Shown here: positions 50,201 to 60,383 of the stretch, piece by piece
How the letters are laid out: every line of letters starts with the position of its first letter
How positions within the stretch are numbered: the stretch's first letter is position 1
Source: Paraspadella gotoi
Taxonomy: Eukaryota > Animalia > Chaetognatha
Direction of reading: 5' to 3'
Length of the DNA: 64,000 bases
NCBI GenBank assembly: GCA_051294375.1
Contig: CM119265.1
Span: 2,084,311 to 2,148,310, forward strand
Position numbers and translations under genes: made by a program
Notes under the pieces: generated by a model
What the model saw: only the letters and a program-made list of their open reading frames with translations
Told to the model about the DNA's origin: nothing
The model's database searches: none

Positions 50201-53200
50201 CTTGGGATAGCCAATGGAGCGTAGAGCGCGATCCGAAATTCCATTTTTATCATGCCCAACAAAAAAAAAAAAAAAAATAAAAAGGATATTAGACTCGACG
50301 AAAAAAAAAAAAAACGATTTCCATTTAAAAAAACAACTAGGTTGCAGTAATATAAATCACGAGGGTTTCCTCTCAAACTCCTTGTTTTAAAACCAAATCA
50401 TCTATGTACAGTCTTCCGAAAACGCTTATTGTCCTCTCTAACTGATGAATGAAAAAAAGCAAAATTAAAAATCTCTTGCAATCTTAATTGCTTTGATAAG
50501 GTACTGCAAGTCAAACATGAACGCTGGATTTGTTTAGGTGAAAACGCAATTCAAGCTTCATTTCATTTGACACAATGAGAAACTGTATTGATTTTACTAT
50601 TCAGAATCAGGTAGAGGCGGGATTAATCCAAAAGCCGTTTCTACAATATAATGCAAAATTTAAAAAAAGTCCATAAAAAAACTATTAAAAACAAAAATCG
50701 TCGCACAGTGTTGCTTTGTGAGTTCAAAATGCTAGAAAAATAAATTTTTAAAATTTTTAATATTATTATATTTATATATAAAAATATTTATATAAATATA
50801 ATTTAGTATTGAAATAAATTTTTTTTATTCAATCTGAGAAAGGTAGTACTATATATTAGAAAATATTATATATATATAAAATATATTTTACAATAAAATT
50901 AATTAATTTTTTATTATGGTATAATTAAAAAATATAAGATTAAATAAAATTTTAATTTTAATAAAATATAATAATCATATTAAATATAATAAATCAAAAA
51001 AAATTATTTTTTTTTTTTATATTTAATAATAATAATAATAATTAATAATAATAATAATAATAAAATAATAAATAATAAATAAAATATAAATATTTATTTT
51101 TTAATTTTATTTTTAATTATAATTATTATTTTTATTTTTATTATTTATTTATTTTATTATATTATTATTTTTATTATTATTATATAATCTGATAATAATA
51201 TATATTTTATTATTAAAATAATTTTATTTTATTATTTTAAAAATAAAAAAATTAGTTTTAATTTTTTAATATTCAAATAAATTTAAAAAAAAAAATATTT
51301 TTATAATTAATATATATAATAAAAAAATATTTTTAACTGAACGGGATTCTTTCTGAAAAATCGGGCCCAGGATCTCACTGTGGCGCCGGTTCTAAAGCTT
51401 AGTACTACGCATAGTACTAATCTTTTGTTGGATCAAAACGAGCTCGATTTTAAAGGAAAGTTGATCGGTTTTGAAGAGCGATTTTTTGCGATTGCTTTTT
51501 TGGCGATTACTTTTGAACGGTATTGTCGGATTATGATTAAATTATGCATGTTAGATAATGCTTTTGTAATTGTCTATCGAACGCTACCAAATTTGATATA
51601 AAACTATGAGTTGTTTAGAAACGATGCTCATCCCCATTATAACTAATCAACGAAAAAGTCTTAAAAATATATTTGGCAAAAAAATTTATCTTCTGCTTTT
51701 CTTATTTTTTTCTTTTTTTAAAACTGTTTTCTTTTTCTTTGTTTTACCATTATTTTTTTTCTAGAATTAGTATGTTATGGAACATTATGCCAGCATCCAA
51801 ATTTGTCAGTATTGTCAAACAGATCGTTTGCTGCGTAAAAACAAAAAAAACGGTAATTCAAATGTGTTGCGCCGCAGTGACTGCCTTATCCCGTGACATG
51901 ACATGACGTGACATAACATGACTACATGACTGCCATAACTTTCTTAGCCCATGTATTTATGACATGCAATGCATCAAAATTCCGTATTTTATTATATTTT
52001 AGTTTTAGGATTTCCTGAAGGCGGCGCTAGCAGTCACTTAGATTTGAGGTTTTTTCCCGTCTTAACAAAAGAGCAACCAACTATAGGGAAATTACATGCA
52101 TTTTTAACGTAAGTTAGACAGACCGACGGACAGAGATCCCGACCGATCGACCGACAGACCGACCGAAAAGTGACTTATAGAGTTGCTCCGCGAGTACTCG
52201 CAGCGCAACTTAAAAGGGAATAACAACAATATGTAGTTGGGCATTTTTATTATTTTTATTATGACCAAAAAGACATCGGTCTATTTCAATCACCCTCCTA
52301 ATCTACCATGATTCTAAAAATTCAAAAAATTTTAAAAATAGAAACAAACTTGAAAAAAAAAAGAAATTTTGTTTTTGGTTCAACAAGCTTATTTGAATCG
52401 CCCAAGCTTTCATTGAAAAAGCTTGGGGCCGAATAACTCGCTTGGTCCCTGTTTCATTTAGAAGAGGTTAATGGCAGACATCGTGTGAAGGGGGCAGAGG
52501 GAGGGAAAGAAGGAGAGAGGGAGTGATGGAGGGAGAGAGGGAGGGAGGGAGAGAGGAAGGGAGGGAGGAAGGGAGGGAGAGAGGAAGGGGGAGGAAGGAA
52601 TGGAGGGAGTGAGTGAAAGAGGGAGGGAAAGAAAAAGGGAGAAACAAGTGAAGGTGAGAGAGAGAGGGAGAAAAGATAACTCTTTACTGAAAGAAAAGGG
52701 AAAGAATACGACGAGTACAGAGAGAGAGAGAGAGAGCGAGACATTACGAATGCCGTCCTCGTCAGATCCACGCGCCACCATCACGTGCGTTTTCTCCCAA
52801 CGCGTTTCTCTCGCGCGAAAATCGCTTCTGTCGGTTTGAGCCAAGACTGGCATGGCATGGCATATTGTCGTGGCAATATAGCATTCTGTTATGGGATCCA
52901 AGTATTCAGTCATGGCATGCCACGATTTTGTTTTTTTTATTGCCAGCATTCTGTAATAGCTTCCCAGCATTCTGTCATGGCATTTCAAGATTCAGTAATG
53001 ACATGCCATCATTATGTCATGGCATGCCAGCATTTTGTTATGGAATGCCAGCATTCAGTCATAGCATTCCAAGCATTTTTTATGACAAACCCTTGCTAAG
53101 GTGCAAGCCAGCATTCTGTCATGGCTTGCTCGCATTCTGTCATGGCATACCAGCATTCTTTCATGACATGCCATTGCTACGGTGTTTGCCAGCATTCTTT

Positions 53201-53310
53201 CATGGCAGGCTATATTTCTGCCACAATTCTGTATAATGCAGTGCAATGCAGCATGTGGTTCCATTTTCATTCCACATTTCCCTCCAAACTGAGCTTCACA
53301 GGCGCGACGA

Positions 53311-53350
<40 letters not shown>

Positions 53351-56300
53351 CCGAGAGACGCTGACAAAACGAGCCGAGATTTCCGATTTGATTCCCAGAT
53401 AAAAGGGAATAAAAAGAGAAGAAAAAAAGGGTTACGACTGTAAAGGAAAATGGCGAAGGCCGAACAGTCGGGTTTGTTTATCGCGAATTCGTATGGAAAG
53501 AAAATAAAATAAGGAGGAACATTTAAAACTGAAAATATAGTACAATATTTCTATTCAGTGCAAGCTACATACATTCTGTCCCATTAGATATATAACAGTG
53601 TGACTCTTTTTTGTCGCTTTATTCCTTAACCCAATCTTTAACTTTAAACCTATTTTTAGGTCCTAACCTCCTAATTCATCGTAAACCTTAACCTAATCTT
53701 TAAATATAACCTTATTCTAAAGAATGCTGCGCAGTATTTTTGCGCTTGATTATTCTTACACGCAACCTGGAAACTCGCTGTGCGCGAGAAATAAATTCAC
53801 ACGCAACTGACGACCTGGGAAATAAATTTTTCTTTATTCTGATTGGTTGAAATTCTCCTGGTCTCTTGATTGGTCGACATGTATATTCTTCGTCTCTTGA
53901 TTGGTGGAGATTTATCGTCGTAGATTTCGGGCGAAACGCGACTGAAGTGAAGGGAAAAAAATCTTCGACGCGAAAAACAAAATGGCGAATTGATTGGTCG
54001 TGGAAACAAGCAGGGCAGGAGGAAAATGAACCAGTGGCTGCGCCAATAAATGTAAATCACTTTCAAGGGCTTAAACTGGACTGTTACTGCGGCACTAATA
54101 ATATTTTGGTACTGGCAAAAATATTTTACTAATAAAAATAATATTATTTTTGTTTCGATATATATGCGCGTCTGCATCGTTGTTGCACTGAAATATTTTT
54201 TCATCTAATTCCAAACCCCACCAAAAATAAGATTAAAAACAAAAAGATTTAAGATAATAAAAATTTAAAAAAACAATTGCTATTTTATTAAAGAGCAGGT
54301 GTAAGTAAAGAACTTTGTTTCAGAAACAAAGATTAAAATCTCTGGTGGAAATACTTAAATTAAATTTTATTGTTATTTTGTCTTTAAAATTGCTATTTTG
54401 TTTGTACACTGGTTTATTAAGACTAAAAAGTGTAAAGCAAAGCAAGTGAAGATCTAGTGTGTGCAGACTAAAGTGATTTAGAACAAGCAAGCAGGCACCC
54501 CAGGTTTGAGTTAGGGAAATCATTTACAAACTACCTAAGTACAAATCCTATCATTGCAGCCCTTCCGCCGCCGCCGTCGCCGCCGCCGTCGCCGCCGCCG
54601 ACGCAGCTGCCCCGCCCAATTAATCGACTTTTACCTTCTTTCTCTCCTTCGAACCTCGAGACACAAAACGACACAAAAAGAAATTTGTTTTTTTTTATTT
54701 CGCGATCGAAAGAGAAAAAAATCTGTTATCTCGCCATCTGCGCAGATAATTTATAGATAATTTACAGATGGTCAGTGGGTTTACTCTCTAATCCAATTGT
54801 TTACGTGAATCACAGTATTACAGTATTACAGTGATACACTACTACAAGCCCTCATCGGCACTGCCTTTCCTTCATGCGACCGAGCGGGGCCAGCTCTATT
54901 TCACTTTTCACTTTCCCCTCACCATTTTCAATTTAAATTTTCATTTTCAATTTTCTGACTAATTGTTTATTTATTTATCTATTTATTAACTTGCAACTGT
55001 TAAATTATTGCACTGAAGTTCAATTTCAAGTTTTTGACAAATTTATTGTTTTTGTACATTATGAAATGTAACATTTGTTAAAATTTTTAAATTTCTTTTC
55101 ACAATCTCTCTCATTCTATCCTCAAACTGAAACTGTCGTGAATGATAGTACAAGAATTAGGATATATGATTCACTTACCAATCAATGACATGTCACCGAC
55201 AAATCAATGACATATCACCGACCAATAAATGACATATCACCGACCAGTCATTATTAATCTAGGACGAAGAACCGACTCATCCTCGTTAAGATAAAAATCA
55301 AGAATTCGGATTTGAAGCCAGAAGGAGGAAGATGAAGGGAAAGGGAGGAGGGAATCGTGGTGGGGGGTCGGAGAAGGTCGGAGAAGGTTGATGGTCGGAG
55401 AAGGTCGGAGAAGATCGGAGAAGGTCGGAGAAGATCGGAGAAGTTTGGGAGAAAGTCGGAGAAGTCGGAGAAGCTCGAAAGGTCGTAGAAGGTCGAGAAG
55501 TCGAGAAGGTTGGAGAGTGTTAAAAAGGTCGGAGAAGGTCGGAGAAGGTCGAAGAAGTTGGAGAAGTTCGGAGAAGGCCGGAGAAGGTTAGAGAAAGTCG
55601 GAGTAGGTCGGAGAAGATCGGAGAAGGTCGAAGAAGATCGGAGAAGACCGGAGAAGGTCGGAGAAGGTCGGAGAAGGTCGAAGAAGGTCGGAAAAGGTCG
55701 GAAAAGGGGGCAGGGGGATTTAAGGCTTTTCCGTCTGATGGAGAAGAGAGATTGTTTGTAGTCGTTTATACGGTACATCAATTTGACAGTCAATGTACAA
55801 TTGTACATAATATATATATATATATAATTATATATATATATATATATATCTACATATATTCCTTTAATTTCTCCTTGGTTGCTACCTCAACATTTCAACG
55901 CTCTTCTTTCGTTCATTTTATCCCTCTCTCTCTCTTTATCTCTCTCTCACTCCCTCTCTCTCCCTCTATCCGTCTATCGTTTTCGCCATATAACTTTTAC
56001 TTTACGACGCAACCACCGAAGAGTTTTCAACCACCCTTTCCACCTGACCACTGACCACCCCAACCCTTCCCCCCCTGACTCTATCGTTCTCACCTTGCCA
56101 GTTCTCTATCTTGTAGTACCCCCAGCCTGTTAGCCAACAGTCTTTTCGCCTGGCGACGGTCCACTCGCGCGACGGCAAACAGGCGAGACGAACGTTGTCG
56201 AAAAAGTCGTCGCCGACGTTATCGTTGATGTCATTTCTGACGTTATTCGCGACGTTGGCGTCATTACTGTCGTTATTTACGACACTTCTGTCGCGAATGA

Positions 56301-56721
56301 CGTCGATTTTATCATGATTGACATCATCGACGTCGCTTTTGTCGTAATTGATGTCTCTTCCTTTGTGATTGACGTCATCTCCATTGTGATTGACATCACT
56401 TCTGTCATAATTGACATCACTTCAGTCATAATTGACCTACCTTCTGTCGCGATTGACATCACTTCTGTCATAAGTAATATCACTTCTGTCATAATTGACA
56501 TCACTTCAGTCATAATTAACCTACCTTCTGTCGCGAATGACATCACTTCTGTCATAATTGACGTCACTTCTGTAATAATTGACGTCACTTCTGTCATAAT
56601 TGACGTCACTTTCTCCATAATTGACGTCACTTCCGTCTGAACGAGAAAAGTCTAGCGGCGTCTTGAGTCGAACCAGAGCCAAATCGTTTTGAAGAGATTG
56701 GGTGGGACTCCAACCGTCGTG
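29155..56721 (-). CDS. Trypsin-like (S1) serine protease, 5' part outside the window; exons 56721-56094 (possibly with an internal intron 56524-56402), 29915-29758, 29313-29155
   Basis: NDLALVRL (catalytic Asp) and VRLACLP..CWLTGWG lie in 56721-56094, which ends in phase 1. It joins [21 protein letters not shown] and then [27 protein letters not shown]. No His exon was seen in the window. Confidence 0.75.
30570..30609 (+). ncRNA. Penelope-type minimal type-I hammerhead ribozyme, intact core
   Basis: GCG-CTGATGA-A-GGC..GCC-GAAAC-ATGTA-CGT, with palindromic ACATGT helix III and a GUA cleavage site; AATAAA downstream. Confidence 0.7.
30796..33231 (-). CDS. Cytochrome P450, clan 2-like, ~516 aa; exons 33231-32864, 32435-32153, 31695-30796
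   Basis: N-terminal TM plus PPGP hinge, I-helix AGTDTT, EASR (ExxR), FDPRRF and heme motif [10 protein letters not shown]; splice phases consistent. Confidence 0.93.
35775..35958. repeat. 26-27-bp tandem repeat (GCGATCGAGCTCGGAAAGCAAGCTTG), ~7 copies
   Basis: Directly visible; each unit carries palindromes CGATCG, GAGCTC and AAGCTT. Confidence 0.9.
37125..39372 (-). CDS. Possible small multi-exon gene, peptide-precursor-like; candidate exons 39372-39288, 38979-38919, 37293-37125
   Basis: Three GC-richer islands with AG/GT edges join in frame, giving poly-Asp and GK/GKK/KR sites. The 5' exon is unresolved and an alternative last exon near 38452 is possible. Confidence 0.3.
40475..42208 (-). 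CDS. Intronless AT-rich multi-pass membrane protein (up to 577 aa), possibly divergent XK-related
   Basis: A 1.7-kb open frame in very AT-rich DNA with many hydrophobic helices. [12 protein letters not shown] weakly resembles the XK ESxPQLxLQ motif. Confidence 0.55.
   Translation of the reverse strand: MALSTMSLAKTAANFRELVLFPFPIKHQWSFWKAFDIAQCMAGLCVWCYIIMIYSIKYLKIFNLLLIISFFRVFSPLEIKWAGEITNKILKINWKIKKLSKKKRFNVLKLFQASLRSIFLISFFLLIDMQITIGSQLYGKHNSVQKITWGLSYLKSDSAVLRFNRITGKAIGMTYCAWINDKNTKTKWHRIAWKLYKNSENPYCQKLLDWPKNKRRFGNFTKGINILMRLGNYSLFQPDFTTLLLLILSELLLSGLNILIIALSTNSFRYFLFQIIAMCTVFLYVLDLFTLATLSKSIVDPKSKGKWSRGMHESSMELQLIFYKHSILMMNFFLIRFFLFFASAGRRIKLKFGYCTIFAIFSFCFYLLIQVFNIIEFKKKDLLYSSNQLCSSNLSVQKSLLLDKEIHDQLFSLKLVSDNFAFIIIALVVPLMTILFRLKFKIFNLQSKFYLVVLLSFIYIFINLIYENFFLKDSKVNKISMGAFNPQDLPRSYDISMYKPDSHLIAPEFYYIKGFSQLLYYCLRYQLRKKSYEKVNLQNFTVKAEENMKLILSRDVYQVNLQNLVFVVIPMLVIYLN
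42624..46870. repeat. ~4.2-kb block repeated in inverted orientation at 49623-54874 and ~56780-61855
   Basis: Colinear reverse-complement matches, e.g. the GCCATGACAGAATGCTG array, CT-rich tract and Helentron-like hairpin. Confidence 0.9.
47511..49009 (+). pseudogene. XK-related (Xkr scramblase-like) membrane protein, disrupted
   Basis: [16 protein letters not shown] in 47511-47768 and [14 protein letters not shown] at 48761, both XK family motifs. In-frame TGA codons and an apparent frameshift; a MITE lies in the intervening intron. Confidence 0.65.
48056..48648. mobile_element. ~590-bp palindromic MITE with TTAA TSD and GG...CC ends (Kolobok-like)
   Basis: TTAA-GGAGTAGT...ACTACGCC-TTAA; the arms pair throughout (CGCAGTAGGC/GCCTACTGCG, TTGCAGATTTG/CAAATCTGCAA). 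Confidence 0.7.
49181..49238 (+). ncRNA. Penelope-type minimal hammerhead ribozyme with an inverted partial copy (pLTR-like)
   Basis: CG-CTGATGA-A-GGCTT-loop-AAGCC-GAAAC-ATGTC-CG, preceded by the inverted copy CAAGCCTTCATCA. Confidence 0.75.
50071..51636. mobile_element. 1.57-kb internally deleted hAT-like element (second copy 57261-58690)
   Basis: TIR TAGAGATGAGCATCGTT / AACGATGCTCATCCCCA and TSD TTTATAAC. The empty site is visible in the paralogous block at ~46155-46170. Confidence 0.8.
55365..55705. repeat. 10-bp minisatellite (GGAGAAGGTC)n; copy at 62340-62690
   Basis: Directly visible. Confidence 0.9.
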
Positions 56722-58095
56722 CTGATGACGGGTGGGGAGAGGGGAAGGGATATCGCTTCTCTTTCTTAATCAGTTCGCTCCTTCCAATAAGTAGGCAAAA
56801 AATATATGTATAGACTCAAATAGACAAGAAATCGTTTAATTCTTTTCCTTTTTTTTCTTCTCTCGCTGGGTTTGTATTCTTTCGTTCTTTCTTTATTTTT
56901 TATTGTCAAAAATAGGGCGCCAAAAATATTCTAAAAATGATTAAAATAGTTTCTCTTTCTTACAAACTAAAAACTTTCAATGGAGTCAAATTTCTCAATC
57001 CTTTATAGCCAATAAAAACTTGTCACGCGATCACAGAATGTCGCATCAAAATGACCTGTCGCAAGCGTGTCACAGTCGGTCACATCAGAACGAAGATTTG
57101 TGTGACAAAAACTTATATATACCCAGGTATGCCTCAGGGGGGATAATTTTTGGGCATTTCTTTAATTATTTTCTAACTTCTTTTTTTTATCAGAGACTAT
57201 TTAGAAAAAAGTAGAACAAAAACTTGTTTTTTTTTGCTGATCCGACAAATGATTTATAACTAGACGATGAGCATCGTTCGAATCGAAGCTCCGATCAAAT
57301 TCCTTTATATTTCACTTCTATTCAAAACTGCATAGTCAAGCCAAACAATTATGTCAATATGGCAGATTTCGAAAGCTTGCGTCTTGGGAAGCCATGGAGG
57401 TAGAGCGCGATCGAAATTCCCATTTATCCATGCCCAAAAATGGTATTTAAATGGACTGGTCAGGCCGTTTTTCCCTATTCTAAGAAAACCTCCTGGCTTT
57501 GAGAAAAAAGACCAACATCACACATATTAGTACAGTTTCCGACCTATGTCTTCTCTACATGATGAAAAAAGCAAAATTAAATTCTTGCAATCTTAGCTTG
57601 ATAAAGCAATCAAATGAACTGGTTTTTAGGTGAAAACTGCATAGTCAAGCCTTCATTTTTTTCATTTTGATCACAATTGACAGAAACTGTATTGATTACT
57701 ATTCAATCAGGTAAGCGCGCGTTAATTCAAAAAAGCGTTTTCTCAATATAATGCAAAATTTAAAAAAAGTCCAATAAAAACTATTAAAAACAAAAATCGT
57801 CGCACAGTGTTGCTTGTGAGTTCAAAATGCTAGAAAAATAAATTTTTAAATTTTTATTTATATATTATATATATATAAAAATATTTATATAAATATAATT
57901 ATAGTATTGAAAATAAATTTTTTTATTCAATCTGAAAAAGGTAGTACTATATATTAAAATATATAATATATTATAAAAATATATTTTACAATAAATTAAT
58001 TATTTTTTTTATGGTATAAATAAAATTAATTAAATAATTTTAATAAAATATAATAATCATATTAAATATAATAAATCAAAAAAAATTTATTTATT

Positions 58096-58128
<33 letters not shown>

Positions 58129-60311
58129 TAATAATAAATAATAAATAATAAATAAATAAAAAATTTATTTTTTTAATTTTTATTTTTTAATATAATTATT
58201 TTATTTTTTTATTTTATTATTATTATTTTATTATTATTATATTTTATATTATTATATATATCTGATAATAATATATTTTATTATAAATAATTTTATTTAA
58301 TTTATTTAAAATTAAAAAAAATATGTTTTAATTTTTTAATATTCAAATAAATTAAAAAAAAAATATTTTTATAATTAATATATAATAAAAAAAATATTTT
58401 TAACTGAACGGGATTTTTCTGAAAATTCAGGCCCAGGATCTCACTGTGCGCCGTTCTAAAGCTTAGTACTACGCATAGTACTAATCTTTGTTGGATCAAA
58501 ACGAGCTCGATTTTAAAGGAAAGTTGATCGGTTTGAAGAGCGATTTTTGCGATTGCTTTTTGGCGATTACTTTTGAACGGATTGTCGGATTATGATGAAA
58601 TTATGCATGTAGATAATGTTTGTAATTGTCTATCGAACGCTACCAAATTTGAATATAACTATGAGTGTTTAGAAACGATGCTCATCCCCATTTAACAATC
58701 AACGAAAGTCTAAAAATATATTTGGCAAAAATTTATCTTCTGCTTTTCTTATTTTTTTCTTTTTTTAAAACTGTTTTCTTTTTCTTTGTTTTACCATTAT
58801 TTTTTTCTAGAATTAGTATGTTATGGAACATTATGCCAGCATCCAAATTTGTCAGTATTGTCAAACAGATCGTTTGCTGCGTAAAAACAAAAAAAACGGT
58901 AATTCAAATGTGTTGCGCCCGCAGTGACTGCCTATCCCGTGACATGAACAGACGTGACATAACATGACTACATGACTGCACTAACTTTCTTAGCCCATGT
59001 ATTTATGACATGCAATGCATCAAAATTCCGTATTTTATTATATTTAGTTTTAGGATTTCCTGAAGGCGGCGCTAGCAGTCACTTAGATTTGAGGTTTTTT
59101 CCCGTCTTAACAAAAGAGCAACCAACTATAGGGAAATTACATTGCATTTTTAACGTAAGTTACCGACGCGACAGAGATCCCGACCGATCGACCGACAGAC
59201 CGACCGAAAAGTGACTAGAGTTCTGGCGAGTACTCGCGGCGCAACTTAAAAGGGAATAACAACAATATGTAGTTGGGCATTTTTATTATTTTATTATGAC
59301 CAAAAAGACATCGGTCTATTCTCACCCTCCTAATCTACCATGATTCTAAAAAAAATTTTAAAAATAGAAACAAACTTGAAAAAAAAAAGAAATTTTTGTT
59401 TTGGTTCAACAAGCTTATTTGAATCGCCCAAGCTTTCATTGAAAAGCTTGGGCGCCGAATAACTCGCTTGGTCCCTGTTTCATTTAGAAGAGGTAATGGC
59501 AGACATCGTGTGAAGGGGCAGAGGGAGGGAAAGAAGAGAGAGGGGAGTGATGGAGGGAAGAGGGAGGGAGGGAGAGAGGAAGGGAGGGAGGAAGGGGGGA
59601 GAGAGGAAGGGGGAGGAAGGAATGGAGGGAGTGAGTGAAAGAGGGAGGGAAAGAAAAAGGGAGAAACAAGTGAAGGTGAGAGAGAGAGGGAGAAAAGATA
59701 ACTCTTTACTGAAGAAAAGGGAAAGAATACGACGAGTACAGAGAGAGAGAGAGAGAGCGAGACATTACGAATGCCGTCCTCGTCAGATCCACGCGCCACC
59801 ATCACGTGCGTTTCTCCCAACGCGTTTCTCTCGCGCGAAAATCGCTTCTGTCGGTTTGAGCCAAGACTGCATGGCATGGATATTGTCGTGGCAATATAGC
59901 ATTCTGTTTGGATCCAAGTATTCAGTCATGGCATGCCACGATTTTGTTTTTTTTATTGCCAGCATTCTGTAATAGCTTCCCAGCATTCTGCATGGCATTT
60001 CAAGATTCAGTAATGACATGCCATCATTATGTCATGGCATGCCACCATTTTGTTATGGAATGCCAGCATTCAGTCATAGCATTCCAAGCATTTTTATGAC
60101 AAACCCTTGCTAAGGTGCAAGCCAGCATTCTGTCATGGCTTGCTCGCATTCTGTCATGGCATACCAGCATTCTTTCATGACATGCCATTGCTACTGCATT
60201 CTTTCATGGCGCTATATTTCTGCCACAATTCTGTATAATGCAGTGCAATGACGCATTGGTTCCATTTTCATTCCACATTTCCCTCCAAACTGAGCTTCAC
60301 AGGCGCGACGA

Positions 60312-60383
<72 letters not shown>

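Noticed and set aside
55254-55808. ORFs with [10 protein letters not shown] / [10 protein letters not shown] repeats
   Set aside because: Translations of a 10-bp minisatellite; the duplicate copy is frameshifted.
56277-56640. MTEVTSI and VIIDITS repeat ORFs from the track
   Set aside because: Wrong frames; the frame continuous with the protease motifs is SDVNYDR.
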